From: an uncultured Gammaproteobacteria bacterium
GTDB taxonomy: Bacteria > Patescibacteriota > Microgenomatia > Daviesbacterales > UBA10151
Reading direction: 5' to 3'
Assembly (NCBI GenBank): GCA_964523905.1
Contig: CAZFYQ010000004.1
Location: 31,535-95,534 of the forward strand
DNA length: 64,000 nucleotides
How positions within the stretch are numbered: position 1 is the stretch's first letter; each line of letters opens with the position of its first letter. The position numbers and the translations under genes were made by a program. Shown here in pieces: positions 1 to 9,399 of this stretch. The notes beneath the pieces were generated by a model. The model had not been told where the DNA came from and did no database searches. It saw only the letters and a list, made by a program, of their open reading frames with translations.

Positions 1-9
1 AAGGATAAA

Positions 10-771
10 ATGGTCGGCGGTTTAGCAGATCCTAAATTGGGTAAACCAACTAATAAGGCAGATGTAATAGGGGGACTTGCTATTAACGGAATTGACAATG
101 ATCCGCGGATGGATGCTATCAAGCAAGAATTATCTGCCGATTATAACGAGCAAGCCAAACAAATTTTTAAAGAACGTTTTCCAGAAGATGCCGAAGCATA
201 TGATAGACAAGCAAAGATTTATGAAAATCCTAATGAAGACCCGGCGATCCAGGTAATAGAAGAAGAAATAAAACGGGCTGCTAATAATGATCCGGAAGTA
301 GCTAAGGCCAGAACAGATTATGTTGATACCTGGAATAATACATATAAACGTTTCAGTCAGGAAGCTTGGATAAATTTTGCCAGGCTTTATCCTGATAAAG
401 CTGCTGCTTATAAAGATAAATTCCCGCCACTGCAACAGCTTACCAGCGGATTAACGATTTCACCTGAGCCTTCCTCAACTCCAATACAGCCCACACCAAC
501 GCTTCGGCCTGAAGGATCTCCTCAGTCTTCTGTAGAGCAACCAAAACTCGATCTTAGTACTTTAATAGCTGCAGATAATGTAAAAGTTGATGATTTCTTT
601 GGTCTTGGTAAGGATCAGCTTGACGAGCTTTACATTAATGTTAGTAGGCTTGCGGTGCACAATGATATGAAAATACGAGAAAAGGCACAAAAGATCCGTG
701 AAATAATCGAGATGGGTAAGGAGGTTTATTTACAGAAAAACCCCGGCACCGACACCATTAATTTTAAATAA
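10..771 (+). CDS. hypothetical protein (may begin upstream of the window)
   Basis: 253-aa ORF with two similar helical blocks (FKERFPEDAEAY / FARLYPDKAAAY) and a Pro/Ser linker; no family recognised. Confidence 0.6.
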   Translation: MVGGLADPKLGKPTNKADVIGGLAINGIDNDPRMDAIKQELSADYNEQAKQIFKERFPEDAEAYDRQAKIYENPNEDPAIQVIEEEIKRAANNDPEVAKARTDYVDTWNNTYKRFSQEAWINFARLYPDKAAAYKDKFPPLQQLTSGLTISPEPSSTPIQPTPTLRPEGSPQSSVEQPKLDLSTLIAADNVKVDDFFGLGKDQLDELYINVSRLAVHNDMKIREKAQKIREIIEMGKEVYLQKNPGTDTINFK

Positions 772-971
772 TGGATCCAAAACTTGCGCGTATTCTTTCT
801 GATTTCTGTTTAGATATTGCCAAGGGATTTTTCATCGCCACTTTTGTGACACCTGCAATAAGTGAAGTGTCTTCATGGTGGGTAGTAGCCTTAATCTTGA
901 TTAAAGGACTCTTTGCTGTTACAATGGGCCTACTGTTTGCTTGGAAGTTTGCCAAGCTGGAGGAAATATAA
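771..971 (+). CDS. small two-TM membrane protein
   Basis: 66 aa, two hydrophobic segments; TAATG overlap with both neighbours. Confidence 0.6.
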   Translation: MDPKLARILSDFCLDIAKGFFIATFVTPAISEVSSWWVVALILIKGLFAVTMGLLFAWKFAKLEEI

Positions 972-1102
972 TGAACCAAATAAACTGGCTAGATGTTTTT
1001 AATTCTGCAACCACTTTTTGGATACTGGCATCAATTGCTATTGGTATCTGGTTTCTCGTACTTAAAAAGGACGCCCGAACTAAATCTGCCAAGCGTAAAT
1101 AA
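971..1102 (+). CDS. small single-TM protein (43 aa, not in ORF track)
   Basis: [43 protein letters not shown]; ATG overlaps upstream TAA; hydrophobic helix followed by a basic tail. Confidence 0.55.
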   Translation: MNQINWLDVFNSATTFWILASIAIGIWFLVLKKDARTKSAKRK

Positions 1103-1113
1103 AGCTTACCCCA

Positions 1114-1251
1114 ATGCCGAAACGAACTTATCAACCAAAAAAAGCAAAGCGAGCTAAAAAGCACGGATACCGGGCTCGGGTTGCCACATCCGGTGGGGTG
1201 AAAGTAATCAAAAGAAGAAGAGCTAGAGGAAGAGTAAAGCTGACAGTGTAA
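1114..1251 (+). CDS. rpmH: 50S ribosomal protein L34 (not in ORF track)
   Basis: [45 protein letters not shown]; canonical position before rnpA. Confidence 0.97.
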   Translation: MPKRTYQPKKAKRAKKHGYRARVATSGGVKVIKRRRARGRVKLTV

Positions 1252-1261
1252 TGCCAAAGTC

Positions 1262-1600
1262 ATGCTCCCCAAAGACAAACGCTTAAATTTAAAAACAGAC
1301 TTCAAATGGGTGGCCTCTGGTCGAAAACTAGAATCTAAATTCTTAAAACTTTTCTATCGTGATGGTCAAAATACTGAAGCAAGAATTGGTATTGCCGGTT
1401 CTTCTAAAGTTTTCAAAAAAGCTACTGATAGAAACCGGGCCAGACGTTTGACATCAGCAGCACTACAAACTATTTACTCTAAACTCCCTACTAATATAAA
1501 TATAGTAGCTCTTCCCAAGACCGGTATCACTAGTGTAAAATCACAAGACGTACTTTTAGATTTAGAGACCGTACTTAAAAATGAAAAGATTATTAGTTAG
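1262..1600 (+). CDS. rnpA: ribonuclease P protein component
   Basis: RL..F..V N-terminus, KKATDRNRARR (RNR motif), synteny. Confidence 0.95.
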   Translation: MLPKDKRLNLKTDFKWVASGRKLESKFLKLFYRDGQNTEARIGIAGSSKVFKKATDRNRARRLTSAALQTIYSKLPTNINIVALPKTGITSVKSQDVLLDLETVLKNEKIIS

Positions 1601-1826
1601 CATGATAAACAAGTTTCTAACTTCGTTTACAACTTTAGTTATTGAATTTTACCAAACCTTTCTTTCCTTTGACCGCGGGGTGCTAGCCATCTTTGCACCA
1701 GGTGGTGCTTGTCGGTATGAGGTTTCCTGCTCTGAGTATACTAAACAGTCTATTGACGAGTACGGCGTCTTGAAAGGAGTGGGAATGGGTTTTAAAAGAA
1801 TCCTGTCCTGCAATCCATGGAACTAA
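1581..1826 (+). CDS. yidD: membrane protein insertion efficiency factor YidD
   Basis: CRYEVSCSEY and RILSCNPW motifs; between rnpA and yidC. Confidence 0.92.
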   Translation: MKRLLVSMINKFLTSFTTLVIEFYQTFLSFDRGVLAIFAPGGACRYEVSCSEYTKQSIDEYGVLKGVGMGFKRILSCNPWN

Positions 1827-2668
1827 TCGGAACCGTCTTTAATACTATTTTTTTTGGGCCGATTGTTAATCTGTTGGTTCTGGTTTATAAACTGTTAATC
1901 CTGATTCATATCCCGGGTGCTTTAGGTTTTTCCATTATTATCCTAACAGTATTAATCCGCTTTTTAGTTTGGCCGTTTACTGCTTCTCAAATGAAATCTA
2001 TGCAAAAAATGGCCTCGCTAAAACCACATTTAGATGAATTAAAAACCAAACACAAAGATGATAAACAAGCTTTGGCCGCAGCTCAAATGGCTTTATATAA
2101 AGAACACGGCGTAAATCCAGCCGGAGGTTGCCTGCCTTCCTTAATCCAAATCCCGGTTTTTATTGGTCTTTATCAGTCAATCCTAAACATGGTTCCCCGG
2201 GGTACTGCCGCTGCTCAGGCAGCTGGTTTGCAGCATATTAATTCCGTATTATATAACCCCTGGTTGCACTTGTCTTCTGCACCTAATCAATCTTTTTTTG
2301 GTTTAAACTTGGCAGTTGCCCCGTCTGATTTTTTGCATCAGGGCGTTTTTCTGTTGTTAATTCCGGTACTGACCGGGGCTTTGACTTTTGTGCAATCTAA
2401 AATGATGGCACCTGCTCAGCCCTTAAAAATCTACAAAGATGATAAACCAAAAGAGATTAAACAAAAAGAAGGCATGGATGAGGCAATGTCTTCCATGCAA
2501 GGCCAGATGACCTATCTGATGCCGGTGATGATTGGCTATTTTGCCTTCCAATTTCCAGTGGGGCTTGCATTTTACTGGAATACGTTTACAATAATGGGAA
2601 TTATTCAGCAGTATCGCATTGGTGGCTGGGGCGGGCTAACTGGGATAATCAAAAAATATGGAAGATAA
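1817..2668 (+). CDS. yidC: membrane protein insertase YidC/Oxa1
   Basis: LYKEHGVNPAGGCLPSLIQIP and GLAFYW motifs. Confidence 0.95.
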   Translation: MELIGTVFNTIFFGPIVNLLVLVYKLLILIHIPGALGFSIIILTVLIRFLVWPFTASQMKSMQKMASLKPHLDELKTKHKDDKQALAAAQMALYKEHGVNPAGGCLPSLIQIPVFIGLYQSILNMVPRGTAAAQAAGLQHINSVLYNPWLHLSSAPNQSFFGLNLAVAPSDFLHQGVFLLLIPVLTGALTFVQSKMMAPAQPLKIYKDDKPKEIKQKEGMDEAMSSMQGQMTYLMPVMIGYFAFQFPVGLAFYWNTFTIMGIIQQYRIGGWGGLTGIIKKYGR

Positions 2669-3158
2669 ATTAAGCGACATTTTAGACAACACTTTGGGGT
2701 TACTCTTGTTGGAAGGATCATATGAAATCGCTGAAGAAGCTGAGGGCTTTTTTGTATCCATTGATACAGCTGATGCTGGCCGTTTAATCGGGGCCAGAGG
2801 AGAATTTTTAGAATCCTTACAACTGTTGGTTAACCAGATGTTATCTCGTCAGATGGGAGAGGGCGCCGAATTTAAAAGAGTGGTCTTAGATGTATCTAAC
2901 TGGAGAAAACAAAAAGAAGAAGAATTAACCCAGCATGCCAAAGAGTGGAGTAATGAAGTCTTAGAATCTGGAAAAGAAATGGAACTTGAACCAATGTCTT
3001 CTTGGCAAAGAAGAATCATTCATATGGTGGTTGGTGAAACAAAAGGTTTGGAAACTGAAAGTACTGGTGAGGGCCGGGACCGACATATCGTGATTAAGCC
3101 TGTTGGCAAAGCTGTAAAATCTAAACCTGAAGACAAAGCTACCAGTGAAGAAGCTTGA
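2658..3158 (+). CDS. jag: Jag/KhpB-type RNA-binding protein (KH + R3H)
   Basis: GRLIGARGE KH loop, PMSSWQRRIIH R3H motif, synteny. Confidence 0.9.
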   Translation: MEDKLSDILDNTLGLLLLEGSYEIAEEAEGFFVSIDTADAGRLIGARGEFLESLQLLVNQMLSRQMGEGAEFKRVVLDVSNWRKQKEEELTQHAKEWSNEVLESGKEMELEPMSSWQRRIIHMVVGETKGLETESTGEGRDRHIVIKPVGKAVKSKPEDKATSEEA

Positions 3159-4365
3159 ACAGCTGCTGTTATTTTTAACGATCTTTTTTCTTCCGACTCA
3201 ACTTGGTAAACATTTTTGGCCAAGTTTTTCTTTTATCTATTCTTTACCAATTGATTATCTATCCCCGGTAATTTATTTTTGGGATCTTTTGGCAGTAGTC
3301 TTATTTGTCACATTCTTAATTAACAAAGGTCAGATCAATAAACTGGCGCTTAATTTAGGATTTTTCTTTTTACTAACCCAAAGCGTGTCTTTACTTAGTA
3401 GTACCAATCCGGCAGCTGGGCTGGTTAGGTTGGAGCAATATTTGGTGGTGATATTTTTGGGAATTTATTTGGCATCAATCAAATTAAAGGTTTTTAAAAA
3501 GATTATTATGTGGGGATTAATTCTGGGAATATTAATAGAAGGAGTTTTGGCAGGGATTCAATTTATTACCGGTAGTACTGTCGGGCTTTGGATTTTGGGT
3601 GAAAGAAGTTTTACTATTTCTACTCCAGGAATTGCTAAATTTGATTTTTATAACTTCCACTTTTTAAGGCCCTATGGCACTTTTCCTCATCCCAATGTAT
3701 TAGCGGGGTTTATGATTATTGCCATCCTTATCATTGTCATCCTGAGGCGACTCGCCGAAGGATCTCTTACGAATGTAAGTTACTTTGCGACAGTTTTACT
3801 AGCTGGTCTAACGTTGTTACTGACAGTATCCCGAGTAGCGATAGTAGCTGGTGTTGGTTCAGCGCTCGTCACATTAAATAAAAAAGGCCGGATGTTTCTG
3901 CTTCTTTTGTTGTTGCTGCTTCTGCCGGTTTTGTATACCCGCTTTGCATCGGTGTTTAATTTCGATGTGATATCTTTAATAAGAAGAGAACAACAAATCG
4001 GCATCGCTTTTACTTTATGGACTAAGCACCCTATCTTTGGGGTTGGTTTAAATAATTTTATTATCTCGGCATCTGATCAGTTACTAGCCGGGCCGAGCAG
4101 ATTTCTGCAGCCGGTCCATAATATATTCCTGTTAGAACTAGCAGAAACAGGAGTTATTGGATTCATAGGTTTTATTGTACTAATTGGATATCCATTTCTC
4201 AAAAATTTCAAATTTCAAATTTCAAATTTCAAATTGCTTTGGTTCGTCATCCTCTTCCTGGGAATGTTTGATCATTACTTTTTAACCCTTCCCCAAGGAT
4301 ACCGAATGCTTTTTCTAGTATGGGGAATATCGATTAGTTCTCTTAAAGTAGAGGGAAAAAGCTAA
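3145..4365 (+). CDS. O-antigen ligase (Wzy_C) family membrane protein
   Basis: RPYGTFPHPNVLAG, PIFGVGLNNF and PVHNIFL...ETG motifs; many TM helices. Confidence 0.85.
   Translation: MKKLEQLLLFLTIFFLPTQLGKHFWPSFSFIYSLPIDYLSPVIYFWDLLAVVLFVTFLINKGQINKLALNLGFFFLLTQSVSLLSSTNPAAGLVRLEQYLVVIFLGIYLASIKLKVFKKIIMWGLILGILIEGVLAGIQFITGSTVGLWILGERSFTISTPGIAKFDFYNFHFLRPYGTFPHPNVLAGFMIIAILIIVILRRLAEGSLTNVSYFATVLLAGLTLLLTVSRVAIVAGVGSALVTLNKKGRMFLLLLLLLLLPVLYTRFASVFNFDVISLIRREQQIGIAFTLWTKHPIFGVGLNNFIISASDQLLAGPSRFLQPVHNIFLLELAETGVIGFIGFIVLIGYPFLKNFKFQISNFKLLWFVILFLGMFDHYFLTLPQGYRMLFLVWGISISSLKVEGKS
3734..3766 (+). repeat. REP-like palindrome in-frame in O-antigen ligase gene
   Basis: TTGTCATCCTGAGGCGACTCGCCGAAGGATCTC; near-identical ends to the intergenic copy at 10343-10371; encodes VILRRLAEGS. 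Confidence 0.75.
4203..4235 (+). repeat. heptamer tandem array (AAATTTC)4 in coding sequence
   Basis: four perfect units plus a partial; encodes KNFKFQISNFKL. Confidence 0.9.
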
Positions 4366-4769
4366 GGAGCCGCTCTATGTATAGAACTAACCCGCTCTCG
4401 TCCTGCTTCTAATTTTTTCAAACCATCTGTAATAGCATTACGGTATGCATCTACCCACTCATCGTCTTTATAAGTTCGACTAAGGTCGTCTAATCCTAAA
4501 GCTGCTTCTCCAATACCTACTAACATATTCCCTTTCCTAATCCTCCTGATTCCATCTGCTAAGAGTAAGGCTGATCCGACATACCTGGCTGCTAATTTTA
4601 TGTTTTCTAACCAATGGTTTGAGTCTGCGTATAGGTGTGCATTATCCAGTGATGTATAGCGAGCAAGCCTAGTACTAGAGGCAAATGTACTGACCTCGAT
4701 AATATTAGGATTATCAGTACTTCTTTTGACAGAGGCCTCAACTCCTTCTCTAGTTTCCCAATCAATCAT
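4362..4769 (-). CDS. orphan hypothetical protein
   Basis: likely start ATG 4769 (MIDWETREG); the track's TTG start at 4808 lies within the -35 box of a TTGACA-17-TATATT promoter. Confidence 0.6.
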   Translation of the reverse strand: MIDWETREGVEASVKRSTDNPNIIEVSTFASSTRLARYTSLDNAHLYADSNHWLENIKLAARYVGSALLLADGIRRIRKGNMLVGIGEAALGLDDLSRTYKDDEWVDAYRNAITDGLKKLEAGRERVSSIHRAAP

Positions 4770-4827
4770 CTTAAGCAGCAATATAGATAAATTGCATTGG
4801 TTTGTCAAGACATAATAGAATACGTTA

Positions 4828-6009
4828 ATGCGGAACTTAATTAAAATTTCCCAACAAACTCTTTGGCAAATGGTGGGAAAAGTTGTTACTTCTTTGTCTA
4901 CTTTTATTATCCTGGGACTGATTACTAGAAACTATGGCCCCAAAGGAACCGGTGTCTTTACACTGGCTTTAACATATCTTGCGATTTTTTATCTGCTAGC
5001 TGATTTTGGTTTTAATGCCCATGAGCTAAAACAGGCGAAATTACAATTTCAAAAACTACTAGGGACTAGAATAATCTGGTCTGGACTACTGGTAGTTTTG
5101 GCCGTTAGTTTACTACCGCTTTTACCTTTTGTCAGTCCCCTATTTCCTAAAGCTGTTTTATTTGGCTGTTTAGCTATCATTTTCGCCGGAATTTATACCA
5201 CCTGTAATTTAATTTTCCAAAGTAAATTACGCTATGACTTATCAATTATTGCATCAGGCGCTGGTACCATGCTTAGTCTTGGCGTATTTATATTTTTTGT
5301 AAAAGGAAATTTTCCAGTCCCCTTTCTTTTGTTAGCTCATTTATTTGGCTGGTTAATCATTGCTGGTGCGGCTCTTTTTTTAGTCAAAAAATTGGTGATT
5401 ACTACCTATCCGATATTCGATAAACAATATACAATAAACCTTTTTAAAACTTCCTGGCCCATTGCCGCTACTTTGGCTGTTAATGTGGTCTATTTTCGCG
5501 CTGATGCTTTTATGGTGTCATATTACAAAGGTTTATCTGATGTTGGTTTTTATAATGTGGCTTATCAAGTATTTCAATCCGCTTTGGTTTTGCCAACATT
5601 TATTATGAATGCTTATTATCCGTTAATGCTAAAGTCTTTTGTTGGAATTAAAAAAGTAGCGCTGGGTTTAGTGGCGCTAGCAACCATGGGAACTATGGTA
5701 ACTTTGCTGCTAGCCTCATTAATAATTAAGTTACTTACAGGGACGGGGTTTAATAGTTCAATTGGCAGTTTACAAATTTTATCTTTGGGATTTCCGGCCT
5801 ATTTTTTATCATCACTTTTGATGTGGGTCCTGGTAACAAAAGGCAGTTACCGGATAATGTTTTTTATTTACGTAATTGGACTGCTGGTTAATTTAGGGTT
5901 AAATTTTTTGTACATTCCCCAGTATTCTTTTATGGCTGCTTCCTGGACAACAGTGATTTCTGAATATTTGATTTTACTTATGCAAGTTGTGGTATTATCA
6001 CTAAGATGA
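4828..6009 (+). CDS. Wzx-like flippase / polysaccharide biosynthesis protein
   Basis: multi-TM; LADFGF, YFRAD, VGFYNVAY motifs. Confidence 0.85.
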   Translation: MRNLIKISQQTLWQMVGKVVTSLSTFIILGLITRNYGPKGTGVFTLALTYLAIFYLLADFGFNAHELKQAKLQFQKLLGTRIIWSGLLVVLAVSLLPLLPFVSPLFPKAVLFGCLAIIFAGIYTTCNLIFQSKLRYDLSIIASGAGTMLSLGVFIFFVKGNFPVPFLLLAHLFGWLIIAGAALFLVKKLVITTYPIFDKQYTINLFKTSWPIAATLAVNVVYFRADAFMVSYYKGLSDVGFYNVAYQVFQSALVLPTFIMNAYYPLMLKSFVGIKKVALGLVALATMGTMVTLLLASLIIKLLTGTGFNSSIGSLQILSLGFPAYFLSSLLMWVLVTKGSYRIMFFIYVIGLLVNLGLNFLYIPQYSFMAASWTTVISEYLILLMQVVVLSLR

Positions 6010-6413
6010 AATTGGTGATATTTACAGACGGAGCCTCACGCGGTAATCCTGGACCAGCCTCTTACGGTTATACCATTGCGGATGAAAATGGCAAGGTCTT
6101 ACGTGAAGCTGGAGAATATATTGGAGAGACTACTAACAATGTGGCCGAATACACGGCAGTAGTAGAAGCCTTAACCTGGATTAAGCAAAACCTCAGTGAC
6201 CAGAAACTGCAAATCAACTTGTTTGCAGATTCCCGTTTGGTGGTGCAGCAATTATCCGGAAGATTTAAAATTAAAAGTGAACACCTAAAACCAATTATAG
6301 AAAAAATTAAGATCTTGGCTTTTGAAATGGGTGGTGTGATCTACACACACGTACCGCGGGAAAAGAATAAAGAAGCTGATGCCCTTGCCAACCTTGCTTT
6401 AGACTCTCGGTAA
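6006..6413 (+). CDS. rnhA: ribonuclease HI
   Basis: DGASRGNPGPA, TNNVAEY, DSRLVV, NKEADALAN. Confidence 0.92.
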   Translation: MKLVIFTDGASRGNPGPASYGYTIADENGKVLREAGEYIGETTNNVAEYTAVVEALTWIKQNLSDQKLQINLFADSRLVVQQLSGRFKIKSEHLKPIIEKIKILAFEMGGVIYTHVPREKNKEADALANLALDSR

Positions 6414-6478
6414 TCGTTATCCACTTTGTTACCATTACGCACTCTTGCAAAGCTAGCCAGTAGTGCTAAGATTTACGC

Positions 6479-9376
6479 GTGGACGAAACTGCCAAAGATA
6501 GCAACCAATTTAAACGTATTCTGCTTTCGCGAAACTCTCCAGTGGCCCTTGTGGTAGGTGCAGCCACTTTTTTAGGGTCTCATTTGGTAGATCGGCTTTT
6601 GGAAAAGGGTATCCAGGTGGTGGGAGTTGATAGTCTGGAATATGGTAAAAGATTTAACTTATCAAAGGCCTCTGAAAATAAACACTTCCATTTAATTATT
6701 GAAAAAACCAAGGACCTAAGTTTTGATTTGGAACGCTTAGATTATATTTTTGTTACCACTCCCAAAGAGATTAATTTAGATAGTATTTTAGAGCAGTTTA
6801 AAGAAAAAAAGTCACGTCTGCTATTTGTTTCCTCAATTGATTTATACAGTGAAGAAATTCCTACGTCTTTAAAATGGTTAAAAAAAGCTGAAACTCAGAT
6901 TGCCCAATTTGCTAATGAACATCATTTAAATGCCCGGATTTTAAGACTAGGTCCAGTCTATGGTCCGAGAATGAATTTTAGTAAAACCGATCCTATGTCT
7001 AAGTTAATTCAAAGTAGTTTAGAAGGCAGCTTACAAAAAGAAATGGCTTTGGATTTTTCTAGCCGAGCGCTGTATGTTGATGATGCAGTAGAGCTATTGA
7101 TTAAGTGTCTGTTTGCCGGAGCTACTTCCTTAAAGATTTTTGATGGAGTGTTGGAAACTCCGATTAAGGTTTCGGAAATTAAGCAAATTTTGCTTGATCC
7201 GATTTGGCATGAAAACCGCGGTTTTAAGCCGGAAGAGCTACCGCCTTGGCCAACTCCTAATTTAGAAAAAACCATTAAGGTGCTGCATTGGCATCCCAAA
7301 AGTGATTTGGTAGAAAGCCTTAAAAAAACTTTAAGTTATTTTAAAGATAATGAAATAAAACCAGAGGAAGAAGCTGATGATTTACCAAAGGCAACAGAAG
7401 AGGAGCAGTGGAAAATTAAAAAAGCAGAGGAGCTGGAAGGCCTAAAAGAAGGCAACAGGCAACAGGTAACAGGCAACAGTAAGCAAAAGGACCAGGAACT
7501 AAAAAAAATAGGGGAGCGGAAAAAATTTCCCAATTTATATCCCCGAATTATTTTATTTGTGGCTTTGGCTATTATAGCTTTCGGTCTAATTTTGCCAGCC
7601 TTGGAACTTAGTTGGGGAGTGTTAACTTTTAAATACCAATTAACTGCAGCAGTAAATCATTTGCAAAAAGGGGAGTTTGACCAAAGTTTAGCTTCAGTAC
7701 AGCAAGCCCAAAGCGGGGTAGGGGTGGCAGATCAGATTTTTTCCTCGTTAGATCCTCTTCGAAAAACTCACTTTTTAAATTCTCAGTTTGCCCTAGGGGA
7801 TAGTTTTGTGACTTTATCAACCTTGTCAGTAGACTGTGCCAAAAATACTATTTTGGGAGTGCAGCAATTATATTTGGCAATCAGAAGTGTGACAGGGGAG
7901 CTGCAAGATGATCCTAATCTATATTTTGACCAAGCTAAAGTTTATCTTGCTTCCTCAGACCAAGATTTATCCAAAGCCTTTGCCTTAATTAACAGCCCGG
8001 ATTTTAAATCCCAGGTGCCGGGATTTTTAAAACCCAATATCAGTAGTTTGCAGGATAAATTAAACAATTACTCAAAGTTGGTGCAAAAAGCCCGGGCCTT
8101 AAGTATTTTGCTGCCAGAGGCAATTGGTAAAGGGGATAAAAATTATCTGGTGCTACTTTTAAATAACAATGAGCTGCGCCCGGGCGGGGGATTTATTGGC
8201 AGCTTTGCCAAGGTCAGTTTTTCCGGCGGAAAACTTAAGAAACTAGCGGTTAATGACACTTATGCTATAGATGGTCAGTTAACTGGTCATGTTGAACCAC
8301 CTAAAGAAATTAAACAAATTTTGGGTCAAAAAGATTTCTTCTTGCGAGACTCAAATTGGGAGCCGGATTTTCCAACCAGTGCTAGACAAGCTGAGTGGTT
8401 TTATAACAAAGAAACAGGGGAGCAGGTTTCTGGTGTTGTGGCTTTGGATATTTCAGCAGTGGCGGATTTTTTAAGAGTGGTTGGTCCAGTGGAACTGGCT
8501 GATTATAATAATGAAAAAATTACCTCGGATAATTTATTTGAGCAAGCCATTACTCATGCTGAAGTGGGTTTTTTCCCTGGTTCTCAGGCTAAGAAAAGTT
8601 TTTTAACTTCTTTAACTCAAGGGTTATTAAATCAACTATTTTTCCTACCTAACCAAAACTGGCCGGGGATTGTCTCATCCCTAGGAGGCTCGATTGACGA
8701 GAGACATGTCAGTGTCTACTTAGATGATCCAACACTTTTTTCCTATCTGGTATCACAAGATTGGGCTGGGTTAATGCCGCGTCCTTCTGCCCTTCCATCT
8801 GATCAGCTGCAGGATTTCCTAGCACCGGTGGAAGCTAATTTAGGCGCTAACAAAGCTAATTATTATTTGGACCGCAGTTTAAGCTTGGCCACCACGGTTG
8901 GTAAAGATGGTGAAATTAAACAAACTTTAAGAATTGCCTATATTAATAGGAGCCCCTCAGATACTTTCCCGGCCGGAATTTACAAAAACGCCATGAGAGT
9001 TTATGTACCAATTGGCTCCACTTTGCAAAGTGCCAGCTGGGGCGAAAAAGATCTGACCCCGGATATTACTAATTTCACTGATTATGGCCGGTTAGGTTTG
9101 GATTTTTATCTGGAGCTGGCGCCCAAAGAACAGAAAACTTTAACAGTTACTTATCAGCTACCTAATAAATTAACTTTCATTGGTAACACGGCCAAGTATC
9201 GTTTGGATGTAATTAAACAAGCAGGAACCATAAAAGATCCCTTTACTTGGCAAATTACCTATCCTTTAAATATGAAGCTACTTAGTTCTGATCAAGGCCA
9301 AATTGCTCCGCAAGAGCAAACCATTCAAACTGATCTGTCTGTCAACCGCAGTTTTGAAGTCACCCTGACTAAGTAA
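6479..9376 (+). CDS. NAD-dependent epimerase-like domain + TM helix + DUF4012-type extracellular domain fusion
   Basis: N-terminal ALVVGAATFLGSHLVDRLL Rossmann-like strand; C-terminal YLVLLLNNNELRPGGGFIGS, RDSNWEPDFPTSA and NLGANKAN. Confidence 0.8.
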   Translation: MDETAKDSNQFKRILLSRNSPVALVVGAATFLGSHLVDRLLEKGIQVVGVDSLEYGKRFNLSKASENKHFHLIIEKTKDLSFDLERLDYIFVTTPKEINLDSILEQFKEKKSRLLFVSSIDLYSEEIPTSLKWLKKAETQIAQFANEHHLNARILRLGPVYGPRMNFSKTDPMSKLIQSSLEGSLQKEMALDFSSRALYVDDAVELLIKCLFAGATSLKIFDGVLETPIKVSEIKQILLDPIWHENRGFKPEELPPWPTPNLEKTIKVLHWHPKSDLVESLKKTLSYFKDNEIKPEEEADDLPKATEEEQWKIKKAEELEGLKEGNRQQVTGNSKQKDQELKKIGERKKFPNLYPRIILFVALAIIAFGLILPALELSWGVLTFKYQLTAAVNHLQKGEFDQSLASVQQAQSGVGVADQIFSSLDPLRKTHFLNSQFALGDSFVTLSTLSVDCAKNTILGVQQLYLAIRSVTGELQDDPNLYFDQAKVYLASSDQDLSKAFALINSPDFKSQVPGFLKPNISSLQDKLNNYSKLVQKARALSILLPEAIGKGDKNYLVLLLNNNELRPGGGFIGSFAKVSFSGGKLKKLAVNDTYAIDGQLTGHVEPPKEIKQILGQKDFFLRDSNWEPDFPTSARQAEWFYNKETGEQVSGVVALDISAVADFLRVVGPVELADYNNEKITSDNLFEQAITHAEVGFFPGSQAKKSFLTSLTQGLLNQLFFLPNQNWPGIVSSLGGSIDERHVSVYLDDPTLFSYLVSQDWAGLMPRPSALPSDQLQDFLAPVEANLGANKANYYLDRSLSLATTVGKDGEIKQTLRIAYINRSPSDTFPAGIYKNAMRVYVPIGSTLQSASWGEKDLTPDITNFTDYGRLGLDFYLELAPKEQKTLTVTYQLPNKLTFIGNTAKYRLDVIKQAGTIKDPFTWQITYPLNMKLLSSDQGQIAPQEQTIQTDLSVNRSFEVTLTK
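7450..7477 (+). repeat. heptamer tandem array (AGGYAAC)4 in coding linker
   Basis: aggcaac aggcaac aggtaac aggcaac; encodes GNRQQVTGNS. Confidence 0.9.
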
Positions 9377-9399
9377 GTAAATTCCTGTATACTAGTTAA

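Noticed and set aside
919-1305. 128-aa minus-strand ORF and other short antisense ORFs (e.g. 34174-34491, 44073-44651, 56538-56897)
   Set aside because: Shadows of well-supported genes on the opposite strand with no motifs
6418-6426. oriC / DnaA box near the rpmH cluster
   Set aside because: Single imperfect TTATCCACT; no box cluster and no dnaA
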